This document shows, piece after piece, positions 54,583 through 64,000 of a stretch of 64,000 nt of DNA (within the stretch, counting starts at the first letter, position 1; each line of letters starts with the position of its first letter). Source of the DNA: Liolophura sinensis. Taxonomy: Eukaryota. The translations under genes were made by a program, and so were the position numbers. The stretch covers positions 74,512,302-74,576,301 of the forward strand of contig NC_088300.1 of assembly GCF_032854445.1 (NCBI RefSeq), written 5' to 3'. The notes beneath the pieces were generated by a model. The model was not told the origin of the DNA. It saw nothing but the letters and a program-made list of their open reading frames with translations, and ran no database searches.

Positions 54583-56855
54583 ATGGCGTCATTGGGAAGC
54601 TCAAAGAATGACATGACGAACGGTCATTTTTCTAAAGATTCTGAGGTAAAATTGACATATATGTGTAAAATATCATTGTATTAAATACAAACACATTGTG
54701 TTTAACAATATTGCGGACATTAATTCTGGAAGTTACCACTTGTTTCATCAAACTATCTTGTATTTGTTTGGCGCGGGTTATGGATGTTGTTGTTGCATTG
54801 AACACGCGCATGTTGCATCCCCGGATAGAAAATGACTGACGTTAAGATGGCTTTGAGGAAATAATTTACACTTGTGGAAAGTGGATTTTTTAAAGTGCCA
54901 AACCCTTATATGTATACTATATCTTAATTCACTCGTTTCTCCTTTCTCCGTAACAACGATTTCCTCAAAAAAGACCCAGACGACGCATGATACTGATAGT
55001 GATAGGCGTAACTGAAATTTATATAAATTTTAGTTTTGACGGAGGAAGATTGTTTTAAAAGTTGAGTTTACAGGATACCTAGATTAGATGGTGTTTCAAA
55101 GGTTTGCTTTATTGAGGAACATCATATTCTAATAAAAGCTGCATTACGATTATACGTGGAATGCAGACGTATAAATTTTAGGTGTTACAGAGGGTAATTC
55201 TGATTTAAAGGATGGTTTTAGGACGCATATTACAAACCTTTTTGTTATGTTTTTTTTTTTACTCTTAAGTGATATCTAATAAAAGTTTAGTTATGGAGGA
55301 TGTATGAGCTGAGCATTATTTCAGGAGAAAGCTGTGTTTTTGCTGGCATTTTGCATGCATCTTGACAATTTGTTAGAACAATCCTGCAGAACCACGGTAC
55401 CATTAGTGATAAAAACTGATAACGGAGAATAGTTTATTAAAGATATAATGTGAATTATAACAAATCAGTGTCTTGTTAATGTGTAGAGAATAATTGGTAT
55501 CATGTACTACTAAAATTAAGATGGCAAACATTTTGATATAGCCACAAGAGGCACACAGTTGCAAATCGGCAACAGTGTTGTTCTCAAATAAGATCCATTT
55601 AAATATAGCCTGTCTCAAAAAGAAGAAGATTAAACTTTTAGGTTTCCTTCTTCTTTTGTTTTGTAGACTGGGGTCCCTGTGGCAAAGATGATGAGGACAG
55701 AAGCTGGTTCTGGTGGTAAGATTGTATCAGCAACTAATGCAGTGGCTGTTTTCACAACTGGCTAAGCTCAGATCTTTGACAAGTCATTTATGACCAATTG
55801 TCACATGTTTTGTTGTCTCTCGTTTTCTTCTTTCAGTTCAGGTGCAGAGAAAGGATGATGGATCTCTCCATTTTAGCTCTTCCTGCAGGTGACCCTTCGG
55901 CGAAACTCGAGGCAGAGAACCAGATATGTGAAAAAATAAACAGCATGACTTTCCTGTTAGGCCATGAATAGTACCATGTAATCACAGAGTGTATATCTTC
56001 GCTGAGTTGAGCCACCCCTAATCGAAACCAAATGAATGTTGAACAGTTTTGTGTCTTATCCTTTTTTGTTTATTTTTTTATATATATCGTTGTGCTTCAT
56101 CATGCAGACTTTATGCCACCTGATGTCAGTAAGGGTGCATGAAGGTCTTTCCAGATTTATTTTGCAGGTTCGAAACTAAAGCCAACATGGTCATTTCCCT
56201 GCATCTTGACCCAGACCTTCCAGACCTCAGTCAAGGGTACACAATCCTTACTATTACGCATTTTTCATGATCTTGTATACTTTAACAAGGCATAGCCTAG
56301 AGAGACAAAGATGGTTAGGAAATATTAGGGTAAAGAAGTAATGTCACCAAAAAAAAAAAATTGCATTGGTATAGATCTGTGTGATGTGTTGTAATGGATG
56401 TTACAACATATAAACATAAGTGTGCAGATTTAACGATTTTTGAAAAATTTAGAGAGGTTTGATGGCTGTGTTTTTCACTCCTAAAAGATATGTTAGGTGA
56501 TAATAAATTCCATGTAGTAAGGCTTGTGCTGTGGAATCTGTTAAATGTCATGGTACTAATCGGCTATTAAATTCTAAGGGAGGGTGAAGTAACTACGCTT
56601 ATTTTAAAAAAAAAAAGAGGTAGTTTAAAGTAGGTACTTTTGTGTGTATATAATTTCGTGCTGTTCATGTTTTATTTGAGGTCTTGTACCAAAACTTATG
56701 TGTATGTAGCAAAACTTTTGTTCCTGGGTTTGGAAGCACATACTCAACATTTTGAACAGGATGTGAGATAAGACATTCACTTCATGATGTGTTTTTGTCT
56801 TTTTCTCTCTACTCTTTGTGTGGTGTTTAGGTCAGAGTTACCCACCCTTGACTGA
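54583..56855 (+). CDS. Candidate small five-exon gene of 85 aa with no recognised family. Exons: 54583-54645, 55667-55715, 55837-55888, 56168-56236, 56831-56855.
   Basis: ATG sits in a good context (aaaATGG). Every exon is bounded by AG...GT (donors gtaaaa, gtaaga, gtgacc, gtacac; acceptors ttttgtag, ctttcag, ttttgcag, gtgtttag). The phases (0, 1, 2, 2) chain into one ORF ending at TGA 56853-56855. Protein: MASLGSSKNDMTNGHFSKDSETGVPVAKMMRTEAGSGVQVQRKDDGSLHFSSSCRFETKANMVISLHLDPDLPDLSQGSELPTLD. There is no homology support. Confidence 0.3.
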
Positions 56856-58275
56856 CTCGAGCTGAATCAAGACTAGGCAGCAGAAGTCCATTGCACAGCT
56901 TCACAGTATTTCCGTGGATCCTGCATTTCATTTACATAACAATACACAGTTTTAAAAATTGAAAAAAAACTTTAACGTCTTTATTACCATTTCAAAAAAA
57001 AAAGTGAGTAACAAGAATTGAATGTGAAATGTCTTGAGCAAATTGTGGCCTCTGCCCTGTCCTGTTGGCCAGAGTGTTATGCTTGTGACAAGATTTCGCT
57101 CATGGTCACTCAGTACAAGTGTTCTCTGATGGTAGTTATCATTTTGCAATTTCATAAATTCCTGGGGAAAAACTTAAAAGTGATTCAAAATCATGTTTTG
57201 TTTTCTGTTTGGGATTTTTGTGTAAAAACACACTAAAAGAAATTTTTAAGAAGACAGCGCTGTGCTTACTTGTTTTGCAGAAATTATTTTGTCACACTTT
57301 CATTTAAACTGGCATGGCCCCATTCATGCATTTCTTTTTTCTTCTCTTCTCCTATTTTTCAGAATGTGTGGGGTGCTCAGTCGACCATCATGAGAGATTT
57401 CCATCTCAATTTGAATAGCAACTTGGGGGTTAGCTTAGCCCAGTTGCAGGTTGATCACTGGTCACGAGCAGATGGCTGCTTCAGTCTGTCATTTTGTGTA
57501 CTCTGGGATTCAGTCTGGCCAATTGATATCCGCTAGTTTACTGGGACACATTTCAACATTTGGCGATATGTCACAACTTTCTGCTGTGTTACAAGAGAGA
57601 CTAATTGTGTTAGCCAAATACTAGACTGACACAATCTATTAATATGTTTAATCTGTTAACACATGTTTTACGCTAAGTATGAAGTTAAGCTAAAGTGCAT
57701 TTCTTAACATGTAACTGCAGCTATACATGTATATCGGTTAATATTCTGCTTTGTTATCTTTTTTGTGCTTCCAGATATTGTTGATGATAAACTATGAAAT
57801 GGCCTGAATTCAGACACCCAAATCAAATACTTTGCTTCAAACTTTGAACAGCTAGTAATGCATGTTATTGTGTAAATAGTGAATCAGACTTGCACAATAC
57901 CACTTGCTAATAAAAGTGTACTTCGATTTCTGGACTAAACTGCTCTGTTAACCAGAGAACTGTTCCATGAAGCATTTCACCATGAGTGTTGTGCCTGACC
58001 GTATATGACTTCTGTCTCCACTATCACTCATGCTCTCACTAGAGTGTGGGCTTTAGTGCAAGCTTTATGCAGTCATAGCAAGGATCTACGTCACATGACA
58101 CATGGTTCGCTGTAGTTATTCTTGTCCAACTCCATTTTGTGGATGTGGTTTACAGCTTGAAGGTATCAGATCCCAGTAGATGACTGCGGAGATAATTTGT
58201 AGTGGGAAAAGAACAGGATATTATATAATTTAGGTACCAGAATGGACTATAACTGTAGGCAATGCTTGGCATTTT

Positions 58276-58308
58276 GGGGCAGAGGTTGGGGGGAGGGGGT
58301 TTGGAGGG
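58276..58308 (+). other. G-rich tract with G-quadruplex potential (GGGGCAGAGGTTGGGGGGAGGGGGTTTGGAGGG).
   Basis: There are four or more G runs of at least 3 G within 33 bp, in an otherwise AT-rich intergenic region. Confidence 0.4.
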
Positions 58309-58818
58309 TCATTGCATTTTTGATAGACTTCATTTTTCCAAGTTGTAATGATCTTTAAATATAAATACTTTCCATCTTCGTCTTTTTCAAGCAGCTGATG
58401 TGTGTTTGGCTCTTATAAGTTTAGTTTTCTTTCATGTCTACTGTATCATGAATAAATTAGGGGCATTATTAATAGGGGGCATAGCAGAAATATTTTTGCG
58501 CCACTTTCTCTACATTTCAAGATTTTTTGATAATTAGTGGTTGAGAACAATTCTTCCTGTCTTCAGTGCGTTGCTGTCAGCTGCGTTTTGAAATATGTAG
58601 GATTAAAGAGCTACTTCAGTGTCAAAACCTCTGTCTTAATAACAATGTTAAATGATGAGAATCAAGAAAGTATAAACCTGCCGCAAATACAGTGGAGTCA
58701 GAGTTTCCTTCGCCTGCCATGACCTCGTACAAGGATACGTGCTGTTGCTCATTGCTGACACATAGTCATAAATATGGCTGTACTTTCAACTGCACTTGAT
58801 GTCATTCCAGCATAACTT

Positions 58819-58918
58819 CCTTACTTGACGCCATATCTGCCTTACTTGACGTCATGTCTGCCTTACACTATGTAATATCGGCCTTGCTCGACGTCATATC
58901 TGCCTGACTATTATAAGG
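58819..58918. repeat. 21-bp minisatellite (about 4.8 copies of ccttacttgacgycatrtctg) containing the CRE-like palindromes TGACGTCA (58847-58854) and CGACGTCA (58889-58896).
   Basis: The tandem units read ccttacttgacgccatatctg / ccttacttgacgtcatgtctg / ccttacactatgtaatatcgg / ccttgctcgacgtcatatctg / cctgactattataagg. Confidence 0.7.
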
Positions 58919-60378
58919 AATACTATAACGTAACAATCAGGAAAATTCTATGCAACAGTGTAACTCATCATAAATATTTTTGAACCGTGATGTTAGCTCT
59001 GTTGCAGAGGATTGCCTCCATATTGTAATATTTCGACCTGGTTTTTCATGAAACTGAAGTAGCACTTTAAGGTCTTCTACATAGATATGGGAACACCCAA
59101 AGATTTGATTAGGTTTTTTTTTTTTACTTTCCAAAAAAATGCCTACAGGTACAATTACCTGTCAAGCAGTATATCTTGTGACTAATTTGTGCAGCTTTAG
59201 GTGTTCAGCTGGTTGCTAAGGATGTGATTTTTGTCTCTCCAACACTTATTCATGTTGAAGTGTGTTACATCTCCATAGCCAGTATCATTGTCTATGACAC
59301 GCTCGTGTCTGACGGAGCACGGTTTTTGATCTATTATCTGCACTACTGTGTTGATATCCTTGTGCTTAGCACACCAGTCTTATGACATTGTTACCGTTAC
59401 AGGTAAATACTAGCTGTATGACAAGGAAAAGGGAAGAGAGTCTTTGCATGTGGCACAACTTTAACTATATTGCCAAGTATGTACGTGCTTTGATTGGTTT
59501 CCACGTCGTCACATAGTCTTCATGAAATGTGAATTTCTTGCGAGTAAAATTTCCTGACATTTGGTCAGCGTAATCAGAAAGTATTCTGAGCCACAAAGAT
59601 TCCTGCGACAAGATTCCCTTTTCTGTGTCCACAGCTGCCTTTGGCTTTGGCAATTGACAGGGTGTTACAGTGTGATGACTTTCTTCAGATGATAAGCTAC
59701 AGTATATAGGGACTTACCCCGGTGTACATGATTACGTGTTCAATCTCTCGTCTCCTGATGTCAGGCTCAAGGCTGTGGTTTCTGTGGCAAATTAAGCTTT
59801 GTCTAAAGCGACTATTAAAAAAACTTCTCTTTCTGTTTCTTCTCTGTGTTTGAAGTAAGCGTATATCTGAGGTGCTAAGCAATGGCAGCCCCATAAGAGC
59901 GGTCAGGTAGTAGAGCGAGAAATGTACCCCAGGGCTGGGGATAGCCAGCTGTTGCCCTATCGAGGGCGGCACCCCAACCCTGTCGTGACTATAGCGGTAA
60001 AGATCCTACAACTGTTAAAATCACTGCTTCTTTTTCATTTGTCGGTTGACCATATATGTACTTCCTTGATTAGTTTCAAGGGAGAAGGGTTTTTTTTTTT
60101 TTTGTTTTTTTTTGTCCATTATGTGTGGACTTAGTTAAAACACCGTTTTCTCTTAGCAAATCTAAGTGTGTGCTTTTATAGGGCTAGATAAATATGCTCT
60201 TCTCAGGTAAATGTATGTACTTGTGTTCAGAATAATCGTAATATTATTAGGTAATAGTCCTAATCAGATTTTTGTGGCCGATTTTTTAGCAAAATGGTGC
60301 AGATGAACTTTATGCTTTGGGAGGGAGAATTCAAAGTTTAATCCTCTTTCAATGTGAGTGTGTGTGTGTGTGTTTCAG

Positions 60379-60581
60379 ACGCAATGGAAAGCATGTCTCC
60401 CCAGGCACAGCAACATGGGCCAATTATTGAAGGGCCAGGTGCCAAGAAGGAGAAAAAGCCATTTTCTTTACCAAAGCTGAGTTCTTCACAGCAGGAAACT
60501 ATTCAGAGGGCCAAGAAGTATGCCCTGGAACAAAGCATTAAGAGTGTTCTTGTTCGGCAGACCATTGCTCACCAACAACAG
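60379..60581 (+). CDS. PUF60: PUF60 exon containing the start codon (ATG at 60384). The acceptor is tgtttcag|ACG and the donor is CAACAG|gttaga.
   Basis: The (TG)n-tttcag acceptor at 60377-60378 suggests an upstream 5'UTR exon. The exon is open through to the donor and lies inside listed ORF 60354..60593. Confidence 0.8.
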
Positions 60582-63469
60582 GTTAGAACCTGACACAGCT
60601 GCACTCACCTTGCGTTCCACTTAGTAATGACTTCTGATGTTCCTTTCCTTCTGCCCCCTTTTTAATCCTGTTTCGAGTCGTATCAGATGTTAACTTTAGT
60701 ACCGCTTGCACACCTGTACTTCAAAGTATTATTGCACACCTGTACTTCTATTATTGTAAAATCTGGCCACTGGGTCACAAAACTGTCTTAAATAGAGCAT
60801 GGAATATGTCAGGTTGGAAGTTTACTTAGTGCTCTTGGATAAGACATCTGTTCTGTCAGTCGAGGTAGAGGTATGGGGAAGTTTATGTCTACCTAAACCA
60901 GCTGAGTGAAGTACATGTGAACAATATCAGCAGCAAAATGCAGGTATTTCCACCTAACACTGGTTTTTCTGTTGTATTAGCTTTGTTGTAGTTGTAAGAG
61001 GCCTAATTGAGTCTCAGTTATACAAGGTTCTCGTTGATCATTTTCAGCAAATGCAAAACTTCCAGAACACAGTGCAGCGACAACAAGCACTGGCATTGAT
61101 GTGCAGGTATGCAAAAGGCAATTTAAACAATTTGTTAATCCTTGTTGTCACAGTTGATAGTCTATATCCTACATAAACTCAATAAAGCAGTAAATTCTTT
61201 CGTGATATTGAAAGTGCAATACACAATTTAATGCTGTTAGGTTACAAGATAATTCTATTATACCTGACAACTGATTTTACAGTATTTGTTGTAAAAGTCT
61301 CACCTGACAAACTCCCTAGAAATCCATGCCTTCGTCCTTGCTGCCATAGTGTACACATAAGTGCAAGGCATTGGATAAGACAAATATTCACATAATGTGA
61401 AAAGTGGACTAGTTATGTTTTAAGGAATTGATGGGAGTTATGTTTTATTCATAGGATCTATGTTGGAAGCATCAACTTTGAAATCAAGGAGGACACGATC
61501 AAACAAGCGTTCCTTCCGTTCGGCCCAATCAAGAGCGTAAATCTGTCCTGGGACCCAGTCACAAATAAACACAAAGGTTTTGCTTTTATCGAATATGAGG
61601 TGCCCGAGGCAGCTCAGCTAGCCTTAGAACAAATGAATGGGGTGATGATTGGAGGCCGCAACATAAAGGTAGTATGTTGATACAGATAAAATCTGTTTTT
61701 TACCCTCTCTTACCACTATCAGCCTGTTTGATGTCCCTTCTGGTGATTACCCAGATACTGGTCAAAGCATTGGTCACTTTGACGTCATGATTGAACACAT
61801 AAAAACCTTTGGCTAACTAATAACTTGTCCCAGCAGTCAGTCCAGAAGTGTCTGTCTCTTGATGACAGCTTATGTGTCGCCAGTACCCTTATTTAATATT
61901 CATATCTGCGTAGGGCATGAAGAAGAACGATCTCATGTAGGAATGGACTTGTTAACTGAATCTAGGTGTTGATTTTCATCACCACTGCGTGTGTCTGGAA
62001 AATTGCCTTAAGGTGTATCAACAGGTTATGAAACAATAATTGATTTAAGTCATTCTTTGACAATGATCAGTTATTGTTGCTATTAAGATCTGAATGTTTC
62101 CAATCTTGTACTGTTGTTAACCCCTGATCTGTCAGTATCGCACCACATGTAATGATTCTGGCCAAATGTGTGTTGAAGGTAAAGCTGCCAGGTCGCAGTA
62201 AACGAGACATGGGACACCATTCTCTCAACTTGGGATGATGGACGATGGAGAGAAAAGTGGCAACGCTCGCTTTTGATCAGTGCGGATTTAGAAAGAGAAA
62301 AACTGGACTGTTTAGTTAAATAACTAGTGCTGCATTCACATTTTAGTGATCTGTAACAGTAACAAGAACCCAGTAATTGCTAGACTGTTCGATAAGAGTT
62401 GGAATTTCCAAGGGCAGTCACGTCTGTTCTTGTTGCGGTGTCCTGTTGTACAATTTATCCAAGATCACATTTTCAAACTCATATCCGCAACGTACAAACT
62501 TACCAGCGTTTTGGCTTTTGTGAGTTGGCTCTGAAAGTGCAACCCTTTTTATCTGCACTAATGATTAAACCAAAGTCCAGTTGGGAGATGAAAGTAGGCT
62601 GACAAAATAACATGTACAGTGTACATCTCCTCAAGGAGTTCTATCAAACTATGGTGGGATGGGATTTTGGTTTGGTTCATATTCTTGGTATAAAGGGCAA
62701 TACTGATTTGACCTAGAAAACATTTCCAAAGTCAGAAGATTATTTTTCTGTGGGGACTACATCAAACATTTCCATCCAAAGGATGGGATGTCACTGGGAA
62801 TGGAATGCATGGATTTTTCCTGATTGTAGGTGGGCCGGCCAAGTAACATGCCCCAAGCTCAACCCATCATAGAACAGTTAGCGGAAGAGGCCACTCATTA
62901 CAACCGGTGTTATGTAGCGTCCATACACAGTGATTTGACAGAAAACGACATGAAAAGGTAGGATATTGTATCACAAAACATCCCGAGAACTGGTGTCCAA
63001 TTTAACTGAGCTTATTGAAACAACCTTCAGCAAATTTTGATACACACTTATGCATATGCTTCCTCCGACAGAAACTGATGTTAAGTATTGATAGATTTGA
63101 TAATGAGGATCTTCGTAAAACCAGCATCATTGGGAGATTCACGGTATTATGGCCTCAGACATAGCAGGTTTAGGAAGATAAAGTGTACAGTCTAATAAGA
63201 TTTGTGGTAATGTCATATATGTAGTTAAGAAATGCAGTTGTGAATGAATAGCTGTAGTTTGTTGTTTGATCTCAGAGTAAATTTGTCTATTGTAGGTTTG
63301 CAGTTAAATGTTTTATTAATATTCCAGTTATCACTTATTTTTTTGAAATTTAATAGCGTGGTGACAATTTAGAATACTTTTGGGTCTGATATTGCAGTGT
63401 ATTTGAAGCATTTGGAACTATTAAGACCTGTCGGCTGGCGCCAGATTCAACAAAACCCGGTAAACACAA
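60384..63469 (+). CDS. PUF60: PUF60 (poly-U-binding splicing factor 60 / FIR / Drosophila half pint) ortholog. The first five coding exons are present and the gene continues beyond the window.
   Basis: The spliced translation is [66 protein letters not shown] | [19 protein letters not shown] | [72 protein letters not shown] | [42 protein letters not shown] | [25 protein letters not shown]. It aligns closely with human PUF60 (…[27 protein letters not shown]…[62 protein letters not shown]…[24 protein letters not shown]…[22 protein letters not shown]). All junctions are GT-AG and keep the frame. Confidence 0.9.
61048..61106 (+). CDS. PUF60: PUF60 exon ([19 protein letters not shown] + AG).
   Basis: Bounded by ttttcag|CAAATG and GTGCAG|gtatgc. 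Phase carries 2 nt. Confidence 0.8.
61455..61668 (+). CDS. PUF60: PUF60 exon encoding the N-terminal part of RRM1 ([20 protein letters not shown]...GGRNIK).
   Basis: Bounded by ttcatag|GATCTATG and ATAAAG|gtagta. RNP-2 reads IYVGSI and RNP-1 reads KGFAFIEY. Confidence 0.9.
62830..62957 (+). CDS. PUF60: PUF60 exon ([42 protein letters not shown]).
   Basis: Bounded by attgtag|GTGGGCCGG and GAAAAG|gtagga. Confidence 0.9.
63398..63469 (+). CDS. PUF60: PUF60 exon, start of RRM2 ([25 protein letters not shown]).
   Basis: Bounded by atattgcag|TGTATTTG and CACAA|gtgagt. The next exon (GYGFIEYE...) is expected beyond 64000. Confidence 0.85.
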
Positions 63470-64000
63470 GTGAGTGCTCAATTGCTGTCTTTCTATTGTA
63501 CGTGTACTTTCTTGTGTGAACAGGTGTTGTTTCTCAGATATGTCCGCCATCATTAAATGTGTGTTGTGTTGATAAATACTTAATGGCTCTGGTTGGTTTC
63601 ACTTTGATTTGAAGAGAAATTCTTTGTAATTGGGTATTAACTTGGTGTAGTAAGGGATGTCCTAATTGCCCAGTATGTTTTCCTCACATAGGCACATTTG
63701 ATTGCCTTTGTGTACTTCAATAATTTCATCTTGGAAACCAAGCTACTTTTGGGTTTGTCTGTTTAGGGCATCACCAACAGCATCATTTTACTTTTGGGTT
63801 TGTCTGTCTAGGGCGTCACAGACAGCATCATTTTTTCAGGAAACAACAAGCTGTTGAATTTGATAGTTGTCACATTCAAGAAAAAGTTTTCCATTTTATT
63901 TAGTTCAGTAAATGCTCTGACATTTACCACAATATGAATAATGTACAGCACTCAGAGATTGATTAATTACATGTGTGTTCGCCTTTATGAGATAAAATAT

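Noticed and set aside
57362-57536. An exon-like ORF after a ttttcag acceptor (NVWGAQSTIMRDFHLN...WPIDIR*), with an AATAAA about 370 bp downstream.
   Set aside because: It could be a terminal exon, but I found no upstream exon that joins it in frame except by truncating the candidate 54583 gene after three codons. There is no homology. It is left unannotated.
59880-59990. A GC-rich segment (ggggatagccagctgttgccctatcgagggcggcaccccaaccctgtcgtgactatagcgg) that looks faintly tRNA- or SINE-like.
   Set aside because: No cloverleaf can be folded, it has no A or B boxes or target-site duplications, and it does not match the SINE family at 49199-49560.

Overview
This window is eukaryotic nuclear DNA, probably from an invertebrate metazoan. 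It is AT-rich, has short GT-AG introns, a TATA box and AATAAA signals, and contains no prokaryotic operon structure. The six-frame ORF track therefore covers only pieces of the real genes. Positions 1-48642 are one head-to-tail tandem array with a 1891-bp period and about 25.7 units. The array runs off the 5' edge of the window. Each unit appears to be a complete small gene: TATA box, an 82-nt exon 1, a 111-nt GT-AG intron, a 401-nt exon 2, a stop codon and AATAAA. It encodes a 160-aa protein with a helical N-terminus and a very acidic D/E-rich C-terminus, with no homolog I can recognise. Twenty-five full copies are present. Copies 10, 15 and 18 share one nonsense mutation (R71 to TGA). Copy 20 has lost its splice acceptor, copy 7 is truncated by four residues, and a 26th copy is cut off at the array edge. 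The array ends abruptly in a near-perfect palindrome of about 135 bp centred on a (TA)49 tract. Positions 48.8-52.7 kb are a graveyard of transposable-element remnants. They include a decayed GIY-YIG endonuclease-type ORF split by a tRNA-derived SINE that has 13-bp target-site duplications, a second (TA)n-cored perfect palindrome, remnants of a Ty3/gypsy-type pol gene (RT, integrase zinc finger, integrase C-terminus) on the minus strand, a second SINE fragment, and a two-copy dispersed repeat. Positions 53-64 kb are unique sequence. They contain a candidate five-exon small gene (85 aa, unknown family) and the 5' part of a clear PUF60 (poly-U-binding splicing factor 60, Drosophila half pint) ortholog. 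Five coding exons of that gene lie on the plus strand and it continues past the window end. About 1.5 kb upstream of its start there is a 21-bp minisatellite carrying a CRE-like TGACGTCA palindrome.
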